Notes under the pieces: generated by a model | Seen by the model: the letters and a program-made list of their open reading frames with translations, nothing else | What the model was told of the DNA's origin: nothing | Databases searched by the model: none | DNA from: Bugula neritina | Taxonomy: Eukaryota; Animalia; Bryozoa | Assembly (NCBI GenBank): GCA_964035545.1 | Contig: OZ037768.1 | Location: 20,753,700-20,817,699, forward strand | Reading direction: 5' to 3' | Length of the DNA stretch: 64,000 bases | In this document: positions 1-12,665 of the stretch, in pieces | How the letters are laid out: the number at the start of each line of letters is the position of its first letter | How positions within the stretch are numbered: position 1 is the first letter of the stretch | Program-made: the position numbers and the translations under genes

Positions 1-3000
1 GTCTTATATCAAAATGTAACATGAAATAAATTGGCCATGCAATCAGTATCAAGTGCTCTTTCAATATAAGAGTATAGAATGCAGTGGTTGTATATTAAGC
101 AGAGAATTTAGATCTAGCTCTGAATACAAAAGACTTTATTGTCCCCATTGAAATGTGAACTAATGAAGCAGAAGAAGAATTTTGTAGAAAATAATACATT
201 ATATGTGGTTTATTAATTTTCAGCAACAAAAACTAAGTTTATATGTTTTATTATATATCCATTTTATTAAGCAGACCTCTAAATATCCGTAATGCTTTTA
301 ATGCAAGCTGTTGTATTTTCATGCAAAATCAGTAAACTTTATATTTCAATTCAAGCATAATGTAAGTGTTTGCCAACATGTCATAATATACAAGATTTGT
401 CTTCTCCTTACAGAACATTGGGCTTAGCACATAACTTGATTTTCTCTACCTTAAATCAGCCACAGTTATTGCTTTGTGGTAGCCATGCTGAAAGGGTGTG
501 TATGTGATAATATAACAAGACAGGGAATCATGTCTACTGAGCTTATATTCTAATAAATTATATTAATTATAATGCGGGTGGTCTTTAATAATATAAACTA
601 TAGTTGTATTGGTATTGTTCAAAAGCTGCTTTCTTTTGTTATGAATTTTTGTGTCATCAGCTATTTTTGCTTTCAGTTTAGCTTTTCTATATTTGCCTCA
701 CTTACTTTTCTGTTTCATTTTCTGTTAGTCAGCAAGAATAGCTTCAATTTTGTATTTCTTATGAAAAAGAACATATAAACTTATAGACTATCTCAAAGAG
801 TAAAAGCCTAAAACTCCCAAGTGGGTTATAATTGGTATGTATTTATTATTATATATTATTATTCATTTTCTTTGAATTTTTCTTACTGTACATTTTGTCA
901 TTATTATTTATATTTTCCGTTTCAGGTTACAATAACTCTTATAATGTTTTCGAATAAACTAATTGAATTAGTACCATAACAGAACCCTTCTCATATTGCC
1001 CATACCTGCACACTAGTCTGCTGCATCTTCTTTAAACCCGAGTTGATCTCCTAAACAACGTTTAATAAAAATTTCAGTTGAAAACTTTCGAGTAATTATA
1101 TAACCAGGAATTATATAACGGGTTTAAAAATAGCCACATAATATAACATAACAACTTTTGTTTAGACTTATGAGCACTATAATAATCATGGCCAAATTAT
1201 CTTGACAAAATTATTTATAAATTAATATTGTAATATTTCATCAGTAAAGAGATTGCTTGTAAATTTTATGTTACAATAAGTATACAATTCATAATGAAAT
1301 GGAGTTAGTACAAGAAATGCCAATTCAGCTTTTATGACAAATTTAGTTATTATTTTTCTCAGCAAATATGTAGATTTTTAACATTTTAGTATATGCTAGC
1401 TGATGAAGTCATATTAAATCATGCTGCCCTAATTGACATCTGTTGATGAGCATTATGCTGCAGGGACTAAAGAGAGCTGCACGAACAGGCTTGTCTCTCT
1501 CTTCATCATGTACAACTTTAACTGCATGTTACATGCCCACTTGAAAATTGTAAAGTTCTATTGTCTATGAAAAGGAACATGACTGGATAGACGCTGACTT
1601 TATATAATGGCTGTAGGCAGCTGCATGGTAGACACAATGTTGACTTTACTAATAGAATCAGGAATTAATTAAATAAAAACAAACATTTAAAAGCCTGTGT
1701 GTTGCCTCAACAAATTCAATATTTATGCTGACTGCACAACCTCTTTTATTTTAAATACTAAAAGTTTAACATTGCATTGTTAACACAGTCTCTTTGACCC
1801 AGCAATATTAGCACTGCTTGTAGTACTAATAGATATTTGATCACAACAGTTGTTATAGTTTGTATCATATGACTATAGTTCCTTGTTCTTTTATATTTTA
1901 ATAGCTGATTGTTGTTTGAATGCTGGGTAAACACTATAGAGTATAGACCATCCACACTCTATAGGCCTACTTATTAAAATGTCTTGTAATAATAATGTAA
2001 CAAACAAGCAAAGTTTAAAGCAGAGATGTGTGCTCGCTGTGACTTTGCAAGCAGTTATGAAAATTGTTTTTAAAACTAGGGGCATAATTAAGGAATTGAA
2101 ATTATAATAAACAAATGCTAGTATATGGAGTATTTTATTGATGAAATGACCATGCAGGAATCAAACCCATGCACAAGTATAATTAAGTATAATTGTTGAT
2201 AATGCTGCATTTACGGTGTGTCTTACTCAGCTCAGCCAATTTTAAAAGAGTTTTAGATAAAAAAAAGTTATTTTTACTTTTAGACTCAATTTAGAAGAAA
2301 GCAATTAAAAAAATCAAAGTGTTTAAGCCTGCTTACCATCTTGTTTGAATGATAATAAATACAGGCCATATTATAATGCAAGGTACAATAACACAGAGTA
2401 AGGTAATGTTCAGCATGAAGTCTTCTTGATGGACGACAATCAGTTTCAAATATATCCCCATAAACATCACTGTTAAACCAATCGAACAGCAAGAAAAGAA
2501 CAGAGTGAAAAAAAAACAAAAAGTATGTTCCCTGCGTTGTCTTTTTACAGGAACTAGGTTCCCAAGCTGGGCGCTTCCAAAACTTAATTTTGTCTTTAAT
2601 AACAGTATAGACTATTCTGCAGCATCTTCTTTAAACCAGGGTTGCTATCTACACATGTTTATTGTTATGATTTTGAATTATAATTCTTCAAGGAATTACG
2701 GAATCCGGAACTTATTAATTGCTATGTTTTTGCTTTTGTTTATACTATGCAGTAACAATTTCAAATGCTTTTTTATAAAATTATTTTTTCTGTAAATTAT
2801 TAAAAAATGGGTAGTTTCATCAACATGTTAATATTGTATCGGTAAACAAATTCTTTGTATTTTATGTTACAATTATTATAAAATCTATAACGCAAATTGA
2901 ATAGTTCCAAAAATAAATGAGAACTTTTACTACCTACTCAGCTTTTATGCCAAGACTATTTACTATCAATTCTGTCTTAGCAAATTTGTAGATTTTTAAC

Positions 3001-3559
3001 ATGTTGTAAGTGTAGTTGATGAAATTACATCAAATCATGCTGTTCAAACTGGCAGCCTGCCATGATCTAGGTGTTAGCACCATTCAAATTATCAAAAGCA
3101 CTTTTGACTTGTATGCATCTTTCCTATGCACTACTAACATTAAGTACCTAAAGTGAAGCTTAGTACAAAGTTTGTATATCAGCATGTCATGAATTAAGGC
3201 TACAAAACGAATTATACTATGTAATTATTAGTCCACACTTTATTGCATTCAGCATTACCCATAATACTATGTTATTATCAAAATAAAAAAAGGTATTTTA
3301 TGATTTAAGATCACAAATTTCAATCTATATATAAATGGTTGAATTTAAAAGAATAAGTTTGAAAGCTACACTATATATATGCGCACTTGACTGTATTGTT
3401 TCTATTAAAATATGCTATATATTCACTATAGGGAGTCAAATATTTGTGATAAATATGACAAAACAAGCAATATTTATATTTTGTAAATGTTTCAAAGTGG
3501 TGTTACTATAGAAAACGTATTTTTAGAAAGTTTCATTTGCTATTAAATCTTTCAACTCT

Positions 3560-6500
3560 TTAGTCCACACATTTCTTTACGCACCATTTTTGGGCCCTAC
3601 AAAACACCACATCAATATGTCAGTTTTTAGAGTCAGCATAAGTTACTATGAAATGAACTGCAATCAGCTGCTTATACACACTATTGCTGATCTGTCAAAA
3701 TGTCAACATGAAAAGATGAACAGCTTGAGAAGTAGATCACAATTAATGTAGAGAGCGCAAAAAATCAAAATGAGGCTGTAAAATTCTCACCTAAACCCAA
3801 CTGCAGGTCTGCCCTTACAGAACAATACACTCTGTCTACTGCATGTGTTGCTGTTAGAATCATATAGCCAGATGGACTTCTTAGAAGAACAAGCCGGTTG
3901 TGTTTGGCTGAATTTTCCACATTTCTTTGGCTTTGGTTTAACATCTTCATAACAACTTTGTCTACAGGCTTCCCTAGAACTAAAAAATATATGAATTAAT
4001 ATTTTCAAATCACACACACACACACGCGCACACGCGCACACGCGCACACGCGCACACGCGCACTTGCGCACTATAATAAATCCACTCAATAAGTAATTTA
4101 CCTGAATCTGTTGGCATTTCCATTGCACCCTCCATAGGTGAACTCAACACAAACTCCACGCTGGTACCCCCAAGATGAAATTGATGCAAAACAAGGACCA
4201 CGGACTAAAGGCAAGTTACACGTATTTTCTGGTTCTACTCCAAGGCATATAGACTCACATTCTTCTTTGGTGCTACACATGTTCCAAATGGTTGATAGTA
4301 ACTAATGGTTGTGTAATATACAGTGCTCCCTCCGTATCTCACTAAACTACGTATCTCACTAAGCTGCGGGTCCCAAAATCTCGGTAACATATTAGAATAC
4401 CAGATTTAACTCACGGATTAATTAAATTCGGCCATTTGGCCTCTATACACACATGCATAAGCTACAAAACAAGAGGGTGGGGGGTGTTCAAGCCCTTCTC
4501 CTGACCTATAGAATTTTGTGAGAAATGGAGCCGTGAGATATGGAGGGAGCACTGCATTATGTATGTAACTGTATAATACTAGGATACTAAAGTTGTGGGG
4601 TTTACATCTACAACTTACTATAAGCCCGTTTATGTGCTGGCATCTAGTTTATATTATTATAAGATATCAAGTAAAACTTAGGCAACTTTTATTTTATGTG
4701 GGGAAACAGCAGTATCTCTATAATTATTGAGAAATACGGCTTTTAAAAGTAGCTTACTAATACAATATTCTTTAAAGAATTATAAATGGTGCAAGAAATT
4801 ATTCATTGCACGCCCCAAATGGTCAGTTATTGGTTGAAAGATTATTTTTTATATAGTATCCTTGAACTGTCTATAACATAATTATATTTCTATTTTGACA
4901 TTGCTAATTAAAAACTAACAGGAGGAAAGAACTATTTTATCATTAAAAAATAATGTAATGATGGATATAATTTTAACCAATTGTTGATTGAGGATTTTCA
5001 ACCTTTCTCTGTATGCTTAAATAGAAAATATAGAAGAAAAAATTGGCTTCGTTACTAGTATGTCTATTATGACTGTTGACATTGAAAAGCGCTTTCTCAC
5101 CTGTGTACATAGTTGAAATGATTTACTAACAATGAGAGTACAACTTCTACCAAGTAAATCAATGTTCAAATATGACAAGAAATGTCTACCACTGAAAGTT
5201 AGCACTGCCTGCATCCAATCTCAGCTTTGAGTTTAAAAAATATAAACTAAGCCAAGAATAGCATTTTCTTGCTTATAAGACAATTAACATGATACATATA
5301 AGCATTCAGTAGTAAGCACATGGTAAATAAGCCCTAACTGGTAAGTACATGGTAAATAAGCCCTAACTAGTAAGCGCATGGTAAATAACCAATATCGGAA
5401 TTGTTAGCCAGTAAACTTACCTGAAACTGTTGTTGTTACCACCACAACCACCATATGAGAACTGATTACATGTGCCGGGCCATTGATGCCCCCACCTTGT
5501 GATGTTTCCTTGACATGGTCCAGAGTCTAGAGGCTGGCTACATGTGTTAACTTTAGTAGTGCTTGTCACTGCCACCGTTGTGGTTTGGGAAGGACACCGG
5601 CGTTCACATCTCTCTTTGGATCTGTTAGCATAGAAATAACAAAGTGCACACTAAGGATTGTGTTGCTTTTTAAATTAATTCAGCTCTATAAAACATTAAT
5701 TGATGAAAATTGTAAAATAATCACCTTTTTTAAAAAAAATAAAGAAAACTTTAATTTTCATGTCTATTTTCTGCAAATATTGTGTTAGAAATTAAACCTC
5801 ACAATGACTTGATCTTATTATCTTATCTCTAAGGTGTTTAATTTATATAATGCAACCATTTGACATCTCAATAATATGCAAATATTATTAAATTAATACA
5901 TGGACTATCATGATTATAATTCTTAAAATGCTTTTAGAACTTGTACTATACCCGAAATTGTTCTCATTGCCACCACAACCTCCGTATACAAACTGTTTGC
6001 AGACACCATTTTCACTTCCCCATCTCTGAAAGTTGGCTCTACAAGGTCCTGTGTCTAGAGGTTGCTCACATCTGTCTAGTTTGACAGGAAGTGGTGTTGT
6101 ACTGTTTGCTGTTATTATTGGCAGACATGACTTCTCGCATTCTTCTTTGGACCTGCAAAAGTTACGAGAGAGTTTAGAACCTGATTGAAATCCTACAGAA
6201 ATTATTACTTTAGAATAGCAATAAAACTATATGCCTCAAAATGTACATTTGGATTAATTGCTTATAGTTTAGCATGAGTGCTGAAAACTGTTTCATTCCA
6301 TTTTTAATTGTTTACTAATAAATATTCTTTTAAAAGCTATAAACAGCGTAATCGTTATACAAGTCATCAAGCCATCAATAGAAAAGTTGCTTCCTATAAC
6401 CCTGTTATAGTAACTAATAATCATCCACCCGTTTGCTTGCAGGTCGCTTACAAGTAAATATAAGTTTTCAGCTTTAGAATGTTGCTCTACAATGAGCACT

Positions 6501-9500
6501 TAAAACCATTTTTGCAAAGCTATCAACTACGGTTTACTATATATATCATAAAAGTATAGCAACTACTAAATATAGTAAAGCCTTCTCGGTGTCCCTTATA
6601 GAGAAAACAACTCCTACAGTGATTTAAAGAATGACACTATTACCAAGTTTCTAGTTTGACAAAGTATGAAAACAGAAATAATTTAAATTCTTCATTCAAC
6701 TGATATTTAACCATTTACTCACATGAAATTATTTTCATTTCCTGCACAACCTCCATATACAAACTGAATGCATGCTCCATCTTTGTTACCCCATCGTCTG
6801 AGGAAGCCACGGCATGGTCCAGTATCCAAAGATTGTTCGCATTTATCAGTTTGAGGAGCTATGACTGAAGAGGGACATGTTCTTACACATTCTTCTTTGG
6901 ATCTGAATCAATATACAGTCTAAATATTCCCACCTGGTTATGATTAGACCTACTACCTTATATTTAGCAATTTAATACAGCATAAAATGTAGACAAATTG
7001 TAGAGTATATATACAAACAATCAACAGCTATAGCCATTAGAATTTAATTATTGTAACATATGATTTATTAATTGTTGTTCTTTAGTAGTACAGTCTCACC
7101 TAAAGTTATTGTTATTCCCTCCACAACCTCCATATGTAAACATTCTACAAGTTCCATTTTCACTTCCCCATCTTTGAAAGTTGGCATTGCATGGTCCTGT
7201 GACTAATGGCTGATCACAAGTGTCTACTTTAACAAGACGTGGTGTAGGAGTGTTTGCTGGAAGACATGACTCTTTACACTCCTGCTCAGATCTAGATAGA
7301 GGTTACAGAGTGTAAAGAGCAAACATAAATTTTAGTGCACTGTTACTGGGTATTTGTGGCAAAAGAGTATTTTTATAGAACTTACCGGAAGTTATTCCCA
7401 TTTCCGCCACACCCTCCATAGACAAACTTTTTACACACTCCATCTTCATGTGCCCATCTTTCAAAGTAGCCAAAACAGTTTCCTGGAGTGACTGGTTGTG
7501 TGCAGACGTCAGTGGATACTGATGGAGGACAAGACCTTTCACACTCAACTTTGGACCTGATGAAATATGATGTTGATTAAAAATAACAAAAAAAGTTTAG
7601 AATTAAACGAGAAAATACGAGGAAATTATGTCTTTAAAATATTCTCACCTAAAGTTATTGTTATTTCCGCCACAGCCTCCATATGTAAACATTCTACAAG
7701 TTCCATTTTTACTTCCCCATCTCTGAAAGTTGGCTCTGCATAGTCCTGTAACTAATGGCTGGTCACAAGTGTCTACTTTAACAGGAAGTGATGTAATGTT
7801 TGCTTGTAGACAGGTCTGCTCACACTCCTGTTCAGATCTACATAATCACATATACAAACATATATTGAAGCTAGTACATGGTTGTTAGACTAGTTATAGT
7901 ATGCAATCATAACCAAAGAAAAGTTTCTAGAACTTACCGGAAGTTGTTGTTATTCCCTCCACAACCTCCATATGTAAACATTCTACAAGTTCCATTTTCA
8001 CTTCCCCATCTTTGAAAGTTGGCTTTGCATGGCCCTGTGACTAATGGCTGGTCACAAGTGTCTACTTTAACAAGACGTGATGTAGGAATGATTGCTGGAA
8101 GACATGATTCTTTACACTCCTGCTCAGATCTAGATAGAAATTACAGAACGTTAGAAACAGACATAAACTTTAGTAAACTGCTACCAGATATTTTTGACAA
8201 AAGAATATTTGTATGGAACTTACCGGAAGTTATTCCCATTTCCGCCACACCCTCCATAGACAAACTTTTTGCACACTCCATCTTCATGTGCCCATCTTTC
8301 AAAGTAACCATAACAGTTTCCTGGAGTGACTGGTTGTGTGCAGACGTCAGTGGATACTGATGGAGGACAAGATCTTTCACACTCAGTTTTAGACCTAAGA
8401 AAAAGAATAGTTTTTTTAAATAAACACAAATTTAGATCTAAAGAAAAAGAAATGTTAAATCTTTTCAATATTCTCACCTAAAGTTATTGTTATTCCCACC
8501 ACAACCTCCATATGTAAACATTCTACAAGTTCCATTTTCACTTCCCCATCTCTGAAAGTTAGCATTGCAGGGTCCTGTGACTAATGGCTGGTCACAAGTG
8601 TCTACTTTAACGCGACGTGGTGTAGGACTGATTGCTGGAAGACATGACTCTTTACACTCTTGTTCCGATCTATACAATTATAAGTGATACAGAGTTCTTG
8701 TAATATTGTGCTACTAGAAAACCGCAACCTCAATTTCTTTTAAAACTGATACCATTATTTTAGAATTGTTAAAGAATGTAATATAACTTATTGATGGAGT
8801 TTTCAGACCCTACCGGAAGTTGTTACCATTTCCGCCACACCCTCCATAGACAAACTTTTTACACACTCCATCTTCATGTGCCCATCTTTCAAAATAGCCA
8901 AAACAGTTTCCTGGGGTGACTGGCTGTGTGCAGATGTCAGTGGATACTGATGGAGGACAAGATCTTTCACACTCAGTTTTGGACCTAAGAAAAAAATAGT
9001 TTTTTTAAATAAACACAAATTTAGATCTAAAGAAGAAGATATGCTAAAAAAAGATCTTTTCAATATTCTCACCTAAAGTTATTGTTATTCCCTCCACAAC
9101 CTCCATATGTAAACATTCTACAAGTTCCATTTTCACTTCCCCATCTCTGAAAGTTAGCATTGCAAGGTCCTGTGACTAATGGCTGGTCACAAGTGTCTAC
9201 TTTAACAAGACGTGGTGTAGGAGTGTTTGCTGGAACACATGATTCTTTACACTCCTGCTCAGATCTAGATAGAAGTTACAGAACGTTAGAAACAGACATA
9301 AACTTTAGTAAACTGCTACCAGATATTTTTGACAAAAGAATATTTGTATGGAACTTACCGGAAGTTATTCCCATTTCCGCCACACCCTCCAAAGACAAAC
9401 TTTTTGCACACTCCATCTTCATGTGCCCATCTTTCAAAGTAACCATAACAGTTTCCTGGAGTGACTGGTTGTGTGCAGACGTCAGTGGATACTGATGGAG

Positions 9501-12500
9501 GACAAGATCTTTCACACTCAACTTTGGACCTGATGAAATATGATATTGATTAAAAATAACAAACAAAAGCTTAGAATTAAACAAAAAAATACAATGAGAA
9601 TTATGTCTCGTTTAATATTCTCACCTAAAATTGTTGTTATTTCCACCACAACCTCCATAGGTAAACATTCTACAAGTTCCATTTTCACTTCCCCATCTTT
9701 GAAAGTTGGCTCTGCATAGTCCTGTGACTAATGGCTGGTCACAAGTGTCAACTTTAACAGGAAGTGATGTAATGTTTGCTTGTAGACAGGTCTGCTCACA
9801 CTCCTGTTCAGATCTACATAATCACATATACAAACATATATTGAAGCTAATACATGGATGTTAGACTAGTTATAGCATGCATACAATCATAACCAAAGAA
9901 AAGTTTCTAGAACTTACCGGAAGTTGTTGTTATTCCCTCCACAACCTCCATATGTAAACATTCTACAAGTTCCATTTTCACTTCCCCATCTCTGAAAGTT
10001 GGCTCTGCATGGCCCTGTGACTAATGGCTGGTCACAAGCGTCTACTTTTACAAGACGTGGTGTAGGAGTGTTTGCTGGAAGACATGACTCTTTACACTCT
10101 TGTTCCGATCTACACAATTATAAGTGATACAGAGTTCTTGTAATATTGTGCTACTAGAAAACGGCAACTTCAATTTCTTTTAAAACTGATACCATTATTT
10201 TAGAGTTGTTAAAGAATGTAATATAACTTATTGATGGAGTTTTCAGACCCTACCGGAAGTTGTTACCATTTCCGCCACACCCTCCATAGACAAACTTTTT
10301 ACACACTCCATCTTCATGTGCCCATCTTTCAAAGTAGCCAAAACAGTTTCCTGGGGTGACTGGCTGTGTGCAGACGTCAGTGGATACTGATGGAGGACAA
10401 GATCTTTCACACTCAACTTTAGACCTGATGAAATATGATGTTGATTAAAAATAACAAACAAAAGCTTAGAATTAAACAAAAAAATACAATGAGAATTATG
10501 TCTCGTTTATAATATTCTCACCTAAAATTGTTGTTATTTCCACCACAACCTCCATATGTAAACATTCTACAAGTTCCATTTTCACTTCCCCATCTCTGAA
10601 AGTTGGCTCTGCATAGTCCTGTAACTAATGGCTGGTCACAAGTATCTACTTCTACAGGAAGTGATGTAATGTTTGCTGGTAGACATGACTGCTCACACTC
10701 CTGTTCAGATCTACACACATATGTATGATAAATTTATTGAAATACTGTTATGTCACTAGGAAATAACAAAATTAATTCATTTTGAAACTAGTACATCAAT
10801 GTTAAACAAGTTATAGTATACAATCATAACCAAAGAAACACCTCTAGAACTTACCGGAAGTTGTTGTTATTCCCTCCACAACCTCCATATGTAAACATTC
10901 TACAAGTTCCATTTTCACTTCCCCATCTCTGAAAGTTGGCTCTGCATGGCCCTGTGACTAATGGCTGGTCACAAGCGTCTACTTTTACAAGACGTGGTGT
11001 AGGAGTGTTTGCTGGAAGACATGATTCTTCGCACTCCTGTTCAGATCTAGATCGAGATTACAGAATGTTAAAAACAAACATAAACTTTAGTGAACTATTA
11101 CCAGATATTTCTGACAAAGGAATACTTGTATGGAACTTACCGGAAGTTGTTACCATTTCCGCCACACCCTCCATAGACAAACTTTTTGCACACTCCATCT
11201 TCATGTGCCCATCTTTCAAAGTAACCATAACAGTTTCCTGGGGTGACTGGTTGTGTGCAGACGTCAGTGGCTACTGATGAAGGACAAGATCTTTCACACT
11301 CAACTTTGGACCTGATGAAATAACCAATCAGAGGTTTTGAATGTTGCGCCTCCTAAAGTGCCACTAACACTTGAGCTGTTATTAGCAAAGCCATGTTTGC
11401 ATGTGATTTATACAGCAAAGTGTGAAAGCTTATTTTCACTGGTTAAGATATTCTGTTACATAATAGCTGCAGACTTATAGCTCCTCGTTACATTTTTGAT
11501 TACTAAAAGCTGTATTGTATCATAATTCTGTTTGAATTCAACACGACTGCAATATATACTCGACCACACTTTGTTGGAAAAATATACATATGGTCTAATG
11601 TTGAAAACTTTATAATATTTGCTCTAAATATTCCAATCAAAAAGTGGTTTGAACTTTTACTAATTTTGATGTGAAATCGCCAAAATATTTCAATTGTTAC
11701 TTTCAAATTTGTCATATTATGCTACAGTTATAATTATTATTGTATTTCAGGTATATTATATATCACAAGATTTTTACAATTAGTAAAGACTTTTCAAGGT
11801 TTATTCACATTAAGAAGTTTCTGCAAAAGATGTGGCTATTAAAGCCATTCATTACAAAACAGATGGGCACATTGAAATGATGCCAACGCATCTTCATTAT
11901 ACTGTCGACAGTTTGTGTATTTAATAGGAACAGATAAGCACTTTGATTAGCACTTGGTAAATTATATTTATACCTATAATTTTTGAAAGGAATGTGCTAA
12001 CTTGTGTAAATTAATAATTATATATACAATTTCTGAACTTCTCAGCTCATCAACGTATGCCAGATTTGAAAATTGTCTGTTTGGAAAGAGTACTGCATTT
12101 CAAGCATAACTTTTTTTCTTTAAAACCAATTGATGCCCAAAACTTGCCACTTTTTGAAAAGTTTTCTAACAAGAAGAGACCTTTAGGCTGTGCATTTAAA
12201 GAGAAAAAGCAACAGGAAGCTTCTAAGTAGTTGGTCTTGATGCTGCAGATTGCCGATGCCGACTATAGCATAATATAGTATGTTAGATTGTCCCTCTGTT
12301 ATTTTCTTGTAAACTGGGTTATTGGTGAGGCTTCAGGATTTTCCATTAAAAGTATGGTTTGCTTATGAAATTTTAGCACCACTGCTGTCAGTGATGTAAA
12401 AAAAGTTTGAATATTGATAATATTTTCACCTGAAGTTGTTAGTATTTCCTCCACAACCTCCAAATGTAAACACTTTGCAAGTTCCGTTTTCACTCCCCCA

Positions 12501-12605
12501 TCTCGGAAAGTTGGCTCTACAAGGTCCTATCTCCAAGGGCGCATTGCAGTCAATGGCTACAGTAAGACTAACTATGCTGAGTAATACTACAATATTTTCC
12601 TTCAT
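3560..12605 (-). CDS. Secreted multi-Kunitz (BPTI-type) protease-inhibitor protein A, ~1299 aa: signal peptide, 20 Kunitz domains and 1 divergent terminal Kunitz-like domain
   Basis: Manually spliced 22 exons (5'->3'): 12430-12605, 11141-11311, 10855-11046, 10522-10710, 10254-10424, 9918-10109, 9625-9813, 9359-9529, 9073-9264, 8814-8984, 8478-8669, 8224-8394, 7938-8129, 7649-7837, 7386-7556, 7100-7291, 6723-6902, 5952-6152, 5421-5621, 4102-4272, 3791-3979, 3560-3596. The sum is 3900 nt with an open frame, and all introns are GT-AG phase 2. It starts [36 protein letters not shown], repeats FxYGGCGGNxNNF..C...C, and ends [11 protein letters not shown]. That all exons are used in one transcript is inferred. 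Confidence 0.9.
4011..4070. repeat. (CA)n/(CACGCGCA)n microsatellite
   Basis: Directly visible. It produces the CACARVRV pseudo-peptides in the ORF track. Confidence 0.95.
4321..4554. mobile_element. MITE (Tc1/mariner-like ends) in an intron of Kunitz gene A
   Basis: 22-bp terminal inverted repeats CAGTGCTCCCTCCGTATCTCAC / GTGAGATATGGAGGGAGCACTG (1 mismatch), 234 bp, no ORF. Left flank is TA and right flank is CA (imperfect TA target duplication). Confidence 0.75.
5310..5388. repeat. 29-bp tandem repeat, ~2.7 copies
   Basis: TAGTAAGCACATGGTAAATAAGCCCTAAC repeated from 5310, 5339 and 5368. Confidence 0.9.
7100..11311 (-). repeat. Tandem exon-intron duplication array (15 near-identical Kunitz exons of 171, 192 or 189 nt)
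   Basis: Exons and their short introns recur. For example, 8478-8984 is nearly identical to 9918-10424 (offset 1440), and a 94-nt intron occurs four times. Confidence 0.95.
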
Positions 12606-12657
12606 GTTACACTAGCAGCTCTAGTACAAATAATGCCGGTATATGAGAGTGTCAACG

Positions 12658-12665
12658 TTTATATA
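12658..12665 (-). promoter_or_regulatory. TATA box of Kunitz gene A
   Basis: TATATAAA on the minus strand, ~53 nt upstream of the ATG at 12605. Gene B has an equivalent motif at a similar distance. Confidence 0.55.

Noticed and set aside
4793-4825. Possible decayed extra Kunitz exon (minus strand TTTGGGGCGTGCAATGAATAATTTC)
   Set aside because: The resemblance to FGGC..NENNF is short, there is no donor or upstream cysteine pattern, and it could be chance in AT-rich DNA.
7303-11277. Repeated ORFs such as [13 protein letters not shown]... (+) and ...[18 protein letters not shown]... (-)
   Set aside because: They are antisense or frame-shifted shadows of the duplicated Kunitz exons. Their recurrence reflects the DNA duplication, not a second protein.
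3560-12605. Calling gene A papilin, TFPI or collagen VI
   Set aside because: No TSP1, Ig, PLAC, VWA or collagen segments are present. The protein is signal peptide plus Kunitz domains only, so no gene symbol is justified.
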